From Raillietiella orientalis (lineage: Eukaryota): DNA of 64,000 nucleotides. The first letter of the stretch is position 1. Each line of letters opens with the position of its first letter. A program made the position numbers and the translations under genes. The notes beneath the pieces are model-generated. The model did not search any database, had not been told where the DNA came from, and saw only the letters and a program-made list of their open reading frames with translations. Shown here piece after piece: positions 36,900 through 47,956 of the stretch. The stretch is taken from contig JAYWIR010000069.1 of the NCBI GenBank assembly GCA_036172245.1, forward strand, positions 372,001-436,000, in the 5' to 3' direction.

Positions 36900-39480
36900 C
36901 AATTGTCCACTGGCAGAACATGTATTTTTCCTGATGTTTTCGCCCACCTGCTAAGGGCTTGGAGGAACTGACTGTCGCTGCGGCAGTCAACGGGGAAGAG
37001 GCCGATCATTCCGAGTTGCAAGCATGCGTTGCCCATGGCTACAAGCCAGCACTTCGGATTCAGGTAAGGCATCTTATATCTTCTTGCGTATGCCACGAGA
37101 TGAAGCAAGTGCTTCATCTCGTGAGGCTCTCTTCTAGAGATGTTGGCTTTCTAATGCCGTTCAGCGGATGCAAGGCTTGGAGGCTGTGCTGCTCCGACGC
37201 GCTTCTCTCACAACGATTGCTGTGCTTGCAGCTTAACATCGGGGGCAGGAAGGTCGTTCTTACTGCGTAGAAGCAGTCGTTTCTGGTCCAGTCAAGCACT
37301 AGCTATTTCGAAGTCACGGATTGCGTTTTAAATGTGGTCCCAGGAAGAATGGCAACCGTCCACGCGTTGGGGCGAAAGCCAAATCCCACAAAGTGGTACG
37401 AGGATACCCTCAATGGACTTCCCACGGCGCGTGTAACAGTCGCCAAGCACATGATGCTTCCGCGAACGGTACAGGTGTAAGACGCTGCTGTCCACCTGTG
37501 GCTGGATGGACAGAGACATGAATCCTGTGTGGCAAAGAGGGGCACCCGAGGAAACATAGTTCTTTCGATATCTGTTATTACTGCGGGCGCTCTAGAATAG
37601 CGTGCCTAAAGCTCTCGAAAAACAGAAATAACTCGTAAGAGCTTGTGCGGCGTGGATACAAAGTTTAGAGAAATAGAAAAAAATAGTGCTTTAAGAAATC
37701 CTTTTTCAGATTCTCTGACGCAACGAGGCGAGAAACAAAGAATCGCGTCAGAATATATCCGCAGCTGAAAGGCAGCGCTCTTCTGCAAACGGAAACGCTC
37801 CAGCGATGACGCCCATTTCCGAAAAGACCAACTTCGCGGCAGACAAGCCTCAGACTGAGGAGAGCGCTGCAAGTCCTCCAGGATGCTCGTCGGAAACGAT
37901 GGCAGCGCGAGGGTGGGAGAAGTGATCAGCGTTTGGTTTGAAGAAGGGCGATTCGGCTAACTTGTTCTCAAGTGGTCAGATTCGATGGACCCCATTGTAA
38001 CGAACGTGTGCGCACCGAGCGGATACGAACTAAGCTCCGAAAGAATTGAATTCTTCGGCGTGCTGAGGAGCCAATGACTTTTGAACCTTGGCCCCGGAGT
38101 GACAAATGTAGTTGCAGGGGACTTCTCTGTCCACCTTCTTCCAAAAGAGAGTATATCTCTGAGGGAACAGTCGCTGGTCCGCGAGATGCTCACGTCATAA
38201 ACTTGTTAGCCATTAAACTCGGAATGAAAGACTGGCCGGATCACGTTTTCCTTGAAATCGATCTCCACAGAACGTTGGACTGCGTCAACCAGGAGCTTCT
38301 GGAGTTGTAGGAATCTCTTGGTCATCCACTGCATCACGTCGCTTACTTGCGTTACTTTCAGCAAACCTCAATCTTTTCCAGCGGCTGCCGCATGTACGGC
38401 ACATCGGTACGTCGGGGCATCAGGCAGAGAGCTCTCTGCTACTTAGCATCTTCGAGTTAGTCCTAAAGGAGTACAGGCTGGCGTTGGCTGATCTGCTAAA
38501 CCTCTGCCTATAAACTCCGGCAGTGGCCGCTTACGCGGGCGACCTGCTTCTCCTGTTGCCCATGTCTACCCCGGCGGCTACACTCGAGGACTTCTTCAAG
38601 TTGATGCTTCGGGTAGTGGGCGTGAGCGTCAACATGGCCAAGACTATGGTCGTCGCGGTTGGCTTATCCACGTGGAACGGCAGTTTAGCTGCATCCGCCT
38701 GGAAATCTTCACTGACAGGTGCTTGAAGTACCTAAGACTTCCATCGGGCGACTTAAGTCGAGCATAGGTGAGTTTGAACAGCCTTCGAAAGGCAAAGATG
38801 CTCTCGGCCCGTTCAAAGGTGGCAAATTCGTCTTGTGGAAGCGGGCGTGCGTGTGAAATTGTTTCGCACCTACTTTGCTACTTCTTACTTGTGCGTCGAT
38901 CCCCTTACTCGGCCGAGCTCCTGGCGCAGCACCTGTTCAGAAACGCTCTGTGGAGACCTGCCAGGTTCAGGATCTGCATTAAAGAAATGACAGCTCCGCA
39001 TCGGGATGGCGGCATGGGCATCCTGACGCTCGAAAGGACTGGACTTCTGGCGCAGTTCCGTATGCTTGCACTTTGTGCCCATCTTTGGACGACTCCATGG
39101 TGTGCTCTCGCGCGGCTGCTGCTGCAGAGCTGTACTGGCGGCGATGGACTGCTTTCGCTGCTACCGCATGCCGAGTACGCTATGAGAGAATTGGATTTCC
39201 CTCTGGATCAGCTCGCCTTGCTCCTGAAAGCGCATTCGTGAATCTCCTGCCGCTCGACGAACCCTCATGCCTGGCGGCAGGAGACGCTATCGTGCTGGGC
39301 AATGCATCAGGAAGGGTCACTTTTGGAACTCTGCTGCGTGAATCTTTCTTAATTTCTCAACACCAACTCGAATTAGTGGCTAAAGAGTAAGATGCTCAGG
39401 CTGTCGCCCTGTCTCACGTCGAGCCGCACCGGAATGCTTTACACGTGCCGGCCGTTGAAAAAAACTTTGAACAACGCGGA
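36900..39480 (+). mobile_element. Degenerate, internally deleted LINE (ORF1 knuckle, partial EN, RT, post-RT)
   Basis: CGKEGH ~37530; LKWSDSMDPIVTNVCAPSG ~37970; IDLHRTLDCVNQELL ~38260; AYAGDLLLLLPM ~38530; APHRDGGMGIL ~39000. Confidence 0.8.
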
Positions 39481-39964
39481 ACGCCAGCTAGAGAGCAGAT
39501 AGTCCAGGAAGATGTCTAAAACTCTTAAGCGTACCAGAAACTCCAGGAGTATTTCTTGGTCGACGTAGTCGAACGCCTTGCTTGTGTGGAGTGGACGCGT
39601 TTTCTTGGTGCTCCTCGGTGCCGGGAACCCGCCCTACTTTGCGAAGTGTTCTGTGGCTTGATGGTCGCTCAGGCAGCAATGTCTAACACGACTACCAGTG
39701 ATTGTCAGGGGCCGACGGCAACGTCACCCCCAGAGGTGATGGAGGTGAGGGCATCCGCTCCCACAGAATCGGTTCACGCTGCAGCGTGGGCGTGGAGCGC
39801 CGTCGTAGAGGCGCCTACGCCTGCAGCCGCGGCGGAATTGAACGCTTAAGTGGAAGAGGGGTATAACCCCTCTCTCCTGTACAAGGTAGGCAATCTATAT
39901 TGTCCCGAGATTGCGCGCGACTTTTCTAAGGCGATGAGCGCTCTCAAATTTCAGGAGGAAGAAC

Positions 39965-41600
39965 TCAGCGCGATGACCATTCGTAGCGGGGGCAGTACGT
40001 AGAGGTGATCTGAAAACAGGCAGATCTGGCCCAACGTTTGCTCAGACCCCGGCGATTGCCACCCAGATACGTTAAGACGTTTATGAAAACTCTTTCATGG
40101 TCGTCACCGTGGGGATTCCCAAGCGGACCCAGTGCTGCTGCCCTGCCCACGCCGCACCAACTGGCATCACGGACGACTTCGCTCTGTTCACCGTAAGCCC
40201 GGTTCCCTGACTGAGCAGGTCGAAGAACTCCTCGATCGCCGAAGACGGGGTGGACATTGGGAGCAGCAGCAGCATGTCGTTCGCGTATGCTGACACCGCA
40301 GGCGTACCGGGACAGTCGTCCGGCTGGTTCGCAAGAGTTTCCCTGTAGGCTCTCAGTACCAACTCGAAGTAGGTACTGAAGAGCAAGGGACTCAGGCTGT
40401 CTCCCTGCCGTATGCCGAGTCGCACCGGTACGCCGTGCACGATATGTCCACTGAAAGAGATCTGGATTAGCGGGTCGCGCCAGCAGGATCGCAGGTAGGT
40501 CAGCAAAGAGACCAGAAAGCCCCAGCAGCAACAGCGTTCCTTCCTTTCCCCTCCCACTTTTCGTTTTTTTTCTGTTTAATTTTTTTTTTTTTTTGGTTAT
40601 CCCCCTTCCCCCTGCTGCCATGGTGGGCCGTACCGGTCTGCGAACCGGTGACCCTGCAGGCTCTGTTTCTTCATGCTGGCTGGAGCACTGGTACAGCCAC
40701 AGCACGTCTTTGTTAAAGTTTATTCTTTAATAAACGCCCCGGCGAAACCCGGGTGAAAATCGAACGCCTTTCGCAGATCGACCACGACCGCCAGTACTCC
40801 CGACGCATCCCACGACATAGGGTTTTCCTGTCCCGGGCCCTTGGGGAATCGAGAATTCCCCCGGCTTCCTGTGTCATCCCGCTTTAGCAACGCGAGCCAT
40901 GTCCGTGCGAGAAACAGGTTGGCTACCATTGATGGGCCTGGAACAGCGTAGGTCTGCTCCGGACTTATGAACGTTTCGGCCATCTGTCCGATTCTCTCGG
41001 ACCACATCTCCGTCTGCAGCTTGGCGTCTGTATTAACCACAGTAATTGGCCTCCAGCTTCCCATGTTAAATAGGTCTGCTCCTTTTGGAAGAAACCTTAC
41101 TTTTGCTGACCGGTACGAGACAGGAACTTCTACCTTTTCCCGCGTCAGCAGTTCCATCTTCTGCACCAGGGATGCGAGCTCTGCTGCAAAGCACTAATAA
41201 AACTATGCAGGCAGGTAGGCTTCCCCTGGCGCTTCTCTCTTCCGGAGCTTCCCGATCGCGGCGATGATTTCGCCAATCGAGAAAGGCTCCGCGAGCCGCT
41301 GCGGCGCCTCCTTTTCTAACGCTAAGGCACCTTCTGGCAGCATACGCCTCGAGAAGTCGCGTTCCAGTGGTATCTTTGTGCAAAGGGAGGGGTAGTAATT
41401 GCGCACAATGCTCTTAACCTGCTGTGGGGCCGGGCTTTCCAGGCCGTTTTGATCCAGCAAGATGGCAGAGCCGGACTGTCAGGCCTGGAGCACGGTCTCC
41501 GCTCGAAATTCTGCCAGACGGCGTACGTCTGGCAGCCTCTGCCACGGTGGCACCTGCAAAAAAGCCCTCTTGTTCTGCATACCCGTTCCAAAGCCCCGTT
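39965..41600 (-). mobile_element. Degenerate LINE ORF2 (EN-RT linker and RT) interrupted by a nested insertion
   Basis: REAPGE, WRPITVVNTDAK, DLRKAFD, then GIRQGDSLSP and AYAND on the other side of the insert. Confidence 0.9.
40541..40757 (+). mobile_element. 5'-truncated LINE 3' UTR nested antisense within the RT of another copy
   Basis: T-rich tract then AATAAACGCCCCGGCGAAACCCGGGTG; minus-strand RT reading resumes on both sides. Confidence 0.8.
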
Positions 41601-42429
41601 CTTTGTCGCGCTCCTCCAGTGCAAGGTTGGTGAACTCTCTTGTGTGCGGTTCGTGTGACATATCGGCGGTGTCCCATGGCAGCAATGCCTGGGGACACCG
41701 CTATGGAGATTGACGAGGGTCGAAGGCGACGGAATCATCCTCGCTTCCTGAGAAGAGCTGGAGCGCCATCGTAGCCGAACCTAGCGCGGAGACGATGGCT
41801 AAAATAGCAGCATACAAGGCCAGCGGCTACAAGCCATCCTTTATTTGCATGGTGGGCCCCATGTTTGCGGAAAACCCAGCACGCTCCTTCACAAGGGCGC
41901 TGCAGAGTCTAAATGTGCGAGAGGAAGATCTAGAAGGTCTCCTAGCCACCGACAAATAGCTTCGCCGAAGTTGCAGCCGCCGCTGCAGCTGAAGGAACCC
42001 CACTTGGTCATTCAGATCTGCAAGCATACGCAGCACGAGGCTACAAACCTGCTCCTCGCTACAACGTAAGTGATGCCGGTAGAGACGGAGATGAGTTTGG
42101 AGACGAAGTATTCTGTCTGTCTTACCTGCGGAAGTTTTTGAAGATTTCTTATTTATTTTTGCTCGCGTCGGAGGTCTTGTGGTTAAGGCTGCCGCGTGCA
42201 GCACCGTGCTAGGTTCGAATACTTCGGCAGAAACTCTGACGCCACTGCCTCGTTTGGGTTCCGAGTTTCTCCTGCAATGGCGCTGGTTTGCCGAGACATT
42301 CAAGCGTGGCACCAGTGGTGGTTTAAGCCGGAGGCCCCCGATGAAGGTCAGAACAATGGGAGTCGGGCTTCGGGTCCTCCCAGGAATCAAGGAGTGGGGA
42401 GTTCCCCCTCCTGTCGTGCAACGGAGAGC

Positions 42430-42925
42430 GGACCCCATCTAACGGGGACCCCTCCGGTTTCAAGATGGAGCAGGAGCCCCCATGGGCACCTCTCCAGTTC
42501 AAAGGAATGGACCTCCCTATTGGGGGGTCCCTCCGAGTCGTCGCCTCTTCACAGAGTGTGCACAAGGAAGCAAGAGAGAGCGATTCTCTGCGGAAAGATC
42601 AGCGCCCCTTCTGAGTTTCGGAAGCGTCCCTTCGGGGTTCTCTTCAGAGGAGTGAACAGGAGCGGTTCCCTTGCGGGTTCCCTCCGGAGAAGAAATTCCT
42701 ACAAGAGATCCTTTCCGGGTTCTTTTCGGCGAAGATGAAATGGAGAGAACCACCTCCCTTCCGGGGTGGTGCCACCGGAGAGCATGAGGAAGGAGATTCC
42801 CTTCGAAGTTCCCCTTTGGAGACAACCAGGGTGGGAGGTGCGAAGTGCGATCGTGAGAGGAACGGACTTCGAGCCCTTCCTGGATTCATAGGACGGACCC
42901 CCATCTCGGGGTGCCCCCTATCCTG
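42430..42925. repeat. Degenerate ~40-45 bp tandem array of CCC-n-GGG mini-hairpin units
   Basis: Units like TCCCTTGCGGGTTCCCTCCGGAGA near 42430, 42474, 42509, 42627, 42665, 42707, 42753, 42795, 42893. Confidence 0.55.
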
Positions 42926-43231
42926 AAGAATTACACGCTCATCTGCGGGTTGCCGCGGGAGGAGGGGCGTGGAAACAAAACAGTGTGTTGATGTTTAAAA
43001 AGAGCCAAGTGCGCCGCGAGGCACGCGAGCGGTTTTGAGGTACTTAACGAACGGAAAAAAAAAAAAAAACTCTTAAAAAAAAAAAAGCTGGAAGAAAAAC
43101 AGCATACAGAAGAAGAAAAAAAAAAAAAAACCCGAGGAATTCCATCGTCCTAGGCCAATAGTAACGATCTCCTCGTGGGGGTCGCTACAGGCCTTTTAAA
43201 TTAAAAAAAAAAAAAAAACGAAGTCTTCTGT

Positions 43232-45260
43232 GTGGGCGTAACGGAGAATGACCTTGCCCTTATTCCAGTGACTTCCCTGGGCTACGTACAGGTCCGTAGC
43301 AAGCAAGAAGCTCTCGTGCAGCACCTGCTCTACACCCACAATTCATTCGCGACAAGAAAGTCTTTCCAGCAGCGTTGGATGACTCCTATGTTGCTCTCCT
43401 TCCGAATATGGAACCGGAGATCAACGATGGAAATATCCTCTGGAGAGATTCTTCACAGTGCACGCGTTGTGGAGGAAGGCGAGCAATCACAAAAAGTTCC
43501 CTAATGTGCATCGCTGTACGGCTGACTTTGTGAACCGTCGATTGGCGCCTGCGCAGCTGCGGGTGAGAAGCATGGCCGTTCACCCGTGGTATGCGGGCGT
43601 GCCACGTGCTTGCGCGCAATCCATCAAAGAAGGGCATCGTTCTGATGAATGTTCTCTTTAGCGAATTGCCGATACTGCAAAAACCATGGCCACTCACTAG
43701 CTGCGTGGCCAGAGTTTAAAAAAAAAAAAACTCTCTCAACTGCGTCGCTGCAGGGAAGCTGCAGCTGGAAGGCAGAACTCGAGCAAAGCCGCGAATTCGC
43801 GGAACCAAAAAGCGCCCAATTCTGAAAACTCACGCGTGGTTAACAAGGAGAAGCCAAGCAAAAGCAGACCGGCAGCCCCTAGTGAACCCCGCGATAAAAC
43901 GCTCAAAGCGGAGGAGTCCTCGGAGAAGAGGACGTCAGACAGGACGGCTCATGCTAAATCGCCGAAGCCGAAGGGGGATCGAGAGAGCCCAACAGCAAAG
44001 GTGGGGCAACCTGCTGGCGTACAAAAGTTCACAAAGACTCCGAACGCTGTGGAGGAAACGGTGGCATCTCTGGCAAATGCTGAAGGGAACACCAAGCTTA
44101 TGACCACCGCAAAGTTGCTGGACAAATGCTCTTCATGAAAGGAGAAAGCGGCTCAGCCATCAACATCAGCCCCGAAAAAGAAGCCTTCCCGTCCAACAAC
44201 AAAGAAGGTAAAGGACGCAATGACCCCTGTGCGGCTGATGCAACTTGCCGCAAGCACCGCGAAGGCTGCCAAGTCATCCGACTTCGCGCCGAAAACAGCG
44301 GAGGAGCCGTCACCTATCCCAGAGGCACGAAGGAGACACTGGAGGGCACGCGACGGTAGCCGGGTACCGAAAGGGTGACGCGACAGCAGTGCCTCCAGGT
44401 ACTGTGACGTCAGATCACTTAGCACTCGCCGCGAATCAGCGTACCGATCGAGACAGCGGTGAACCCTGGACGGAGGCGAGAAGGGGAAAAAATGGAAAAA
44501 AGTACTTCAAGAATCCCGGAAGAGGCACCGACAGACACTGCATGTGAGCGAATCCAGGAATCAGGCCGAGGAAAATGCAAAATTCCTAGCCAGGGTTAAT
44601 GGCGGTGCCGCGAGTGAAAATAAGGCCAAACCTAGAGGAAAGACGAAAGTTACCGGAGCCACAGAAAAGGTTACGATGGAACCAGTTGCCACGAAAACGC
44701 CGCAATTGGGCAGCAATCTGCGCGTCCAAACAAACAAACCCCACGCGCCAGTTCGACTCCGAAACGGAGTTCGATTCCAACCAGGGTGCGGCGGGGCGTT
44801 TCTTCTATCGAATAAAGCATTTAAAAGAATCTGTGGCTGGTTCAGTGATTTGGCCACGCTCTAGTTGATTGAAGCTTGCTGGGTCACCAGCTCGCAGACC
44901 AATGCGGTCCACCTCAGCAGCAGAGGAAAGGGGGCATGAACAAAAAGAAAAAAAAAAATGAAAAGTGAATCAAAAAAACTGGGAGGGTGCGGGAAGGGAT
45001 CATGGTCTGATGGGATGATCCGTTACATTTCCTGGAGGACGCCAGCAAGCTCTTCCGGAACAATGCATTCTAGGGTGGACCTGGGCCGATTCGTCACAGC
45101 GCGAGTCACCATGACTAACCGGAGGCTTTTGACTGCTAATCACCATATGAGCGATGCCATCTTTCATTTGTGGTTTGCCGGCCAGCGACCACGATACGTC
45201 ATTCGCGGCAAGGAGGACAACCGCAAGCGGAATTGATCTTTGCAAGGTGCTCGGAAACTC
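43232..45260 (+). mobile_element. Degenerate LINE ORF1 remnants (Zn-knuckle region, at least two pieces)
   Basis: WYAGVPRACAQSIKEGHRSDEC (~43590-43650) and LWFAGQRPRYVIRGKEDN (~45170-45225) resemble WFAGQPRICGQCGKEGH at ~32575. Confidence 0.6.
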
Positions 45261-46379
45261 CATCAAGAAGTGTGCTCAGCTCAGAAGAAAAAAAGCAGGC
45301 GAGAAGTCGCCTTGAATGGACGGCACCTGCGTTGAATACTTCGTCGGCCACGACGGCTAGAGAATCCGGCGCAGATGGCGCTCCGCTGCAGAGTGGCGCT
45401 CTTACTAGAGCTTACGCGGATACTTCGAGGAGCCAAAAACCCAGGAAGACTGAACGAGGAGGGAAGTCACGCTGGTATGTGGCAACGAGGTCCCGCTCGA
45501 TGCAGCCGGTGGCAGAGATTTTAAATTAAACTGCCGAATCATCACATACAGTTCTCGGTTAGGATGAAAACCACGATAGCTTAGGTGTCCGGAAGCCGCT
45601 TTGTATTGACCGCTCCTCCCTTAGGCGAAGGATGCAGAGGCATCCACGGCAACCAACGCTGCGGACAGGCCCAGACCCCTCTCCATCCTAAGGAAACGCT
45701 GCCAAACCCGCACCTACAGCTAAGCAGGCGCGGCGGAGAACTTTTTCAGAGCCACCAAACGCCGCGATTGCAAATGAAGAGCTCCTCATTGCCCTCAGAA
45801 GGATGCTCGAGGATCTGGCCATGGAGTGCGGTGTCTTGACTGAATTTGCAAAAGAATCTCTCCTCAGTTAGTTATACTGTCTCGCTGAAAAGGGGGCAAG
45901 GTGAAATTTTATTCGCAGCTATGTGTGTCATCGCATTCGCGAGGAACAAGAGCGCTGCCGAGCACGCAAAAGTCTAAAAGGCTCCATCGCTTACGGCGGA
46001 GAACTCCATGGATGCAGTTCGAGTCTTCAGTTCCTACCAGGATTGGAAGCAGGCGCGCGCAATAGTAGAGCTCGAAGTTCGAGACTGACTGTAGCGCGAA
46101 GGAGAAGTAATCGCAGGGAGACCCTGGAACTCATCAGGCAAGGGTGCTCAGGCGGGAACCTGGTGCCGGTAACGCTTCTTGCGACTCCTCGGAGGCAAGA
46201 AACACGCGTCATGGACTCTGCTGCATGCAGTGTGGAGACGGAAGGAAGCAGTTACCCTCTACAGTATGCCATGCTACAGGTTGAGCCCTCGGCGTACGGG
46301 GGGCGGCAGAACGCGACGCCATGTCCACAGCAGTAACGCGTGCACTCGCGTCCTCTCAACGCATCAGCGTGGTCTGTCG

Positions 46380-47500
46380 AAACATGAGCGGATAGGGGCG
46401 ACTACAGAAAGAGTCGGTGGGTAGCTACGGTCCAGATCCGATGCGAATCAGTTCTTCTGCAGGAAATCCACGGTGCCTCTGACAAGCGGGTGCTTGATCT
46501 CGAAAAGCGCGCAGACAGAAAACTGCAATGGTGACAGTGCTCCACGGGCTCATGCGAAGGCGGGTTCCTTGTTTGGGACAGGGTGGCGCGAGCGGTGCGC
46601 AACGTCCCTTTCTACGAGGAAGGTCCGATGGACCCACTTCTGCTGCAGTCATCGAAATGACCGTGCTTGCGAACTTCTAGAGCCTAGCGGCGACTGGCAC
46701 TCCGCTGTGAGAATCGCATTCCTTAGTGGCCTGCGAAGCTTTTCGCTTTGTCTTTGGTTGGTTAACCAGGCGTCCTGTGGATCCAGGAAGGTTGCGTTAA
46801 AGAAATGCTTTCCTATTATGCTTGGTAGGGAATCCCGAAGGAAACCACTTACTAATTCTGTATCCGGAGTCAGCTCCCCGAAGTTACCAGTCGTCGTTTC
46901 TTCCCAAAGGGGATTCATCAGAGAACCCGCGCTTCTTGCTTTCTTTTCTGGAGAGTACTCCGGAAGACCGTTTCCAAATATTCTCTAAATCGAGCTCTTT
47001 AAAGGGAACAACACGTTTCCAACACTCTAGGGAGACAACTCCGTTTTGGAAGTGCCAGCCTGGCTTCATGGTGCGCAAATTCTCTTTGATTGGAGAATCT
47101 CGGTGAGGATTGTCTCTATGATCCTTGGAAGGAAGCCGGTGGTTGACCTCTTAATGCTAGTCAGTTCGTGGGGGCAGTCGGCTTTTACCAGTGCCCTACT
47201 GGAATCTTGCAAGTTAGCCAGCATCGTCCTACGTGGGGAGTGGAAGCAAGCAGCTCATCCATTTGTCGTCGTTGGCACTTTCCTGGAAGGGATTCGAACC
47301 GCATACCGCTTGGTACCACGCGCAAAGACCGCATCCGCAAGACTGCTAACACGGTAAAGGAGATTGATGGCTAGCAGGGCGATGCATTGGATAGAGATAC
47401 TTCCCTTTTACTCGATGCCCAAGAGGATTCCGCTTACCAGCATCCGATGCCGAGGGCGCAGCATGATTAGCTAGAAAAGCTGCTTTGCCCGTGGACATTC
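46380..47500 (-). mobile_element. Highly degenerate LINE ORF2 remnant (post-RT region)
   Basis: EAPWISCR matches EAQEWISCRP at the window end; weak similarity elsewhere; boundaries approximate. Confidence 0.5.
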
Positions 47501-47842
47501 CGAGCGAGCAGCCGCACAGTAAGCACGTGCATCTTCCACTGATTTGATGGAGCAACTTTATACATCAAGTTTGCAACGCCAAGGAGCAAAACTGAGTTCA
47601 GTTCAACAGGAAGATCACCAAACTGCTGTGTTTCGCATGGCAACTATTTTAATGCGTTACTTTTTTTTCGATGGAACATTTTCTTGCATCCCTGCTGTAC
47701 ACTAAGGTCATCTGCACGTGTATCAGATCTAGGTCAGTGGAGCAGCCGCTCCTCAGGGAAGAACTGAAATGCGTCGTAGATGGTCGTTGCACGTCGGCTT
47801 CGAAACTCCACTATGCGCTTCCAAGGTGCAGAAACGGTCTGT

Positions 47843-47956
47843 CTACTTGCTTACAGAATCCCTGACTTTCATGCGCTCCGTTTCTATCAATACCAACTCA
47901 GGTTCGAATACTGCTACAGCCCATGCAGCAAACATCTCAAACCTTGCAGAGGCAAT
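47843..47956 (-). CDS. PAP2 copy B putative terminal exon (IASARFEMFAAW...SVSK*)
   Basis: TTTTAG acceptor; aligns to the copy A last exon; an alternative extra intron is possible. Confidence 0.55.
   Translation of the reverse strand: MASARFEMFAAWAVAVFEPELVLIETERMKVRDSVSK

Noticed and set aside
39855..39873. Perfect 8-bp hairpin AGAGGGGT-ATA-ACCCCTCT
   Set aside because: Single short instance, expected by chance in 64 kb, with no supporting context.
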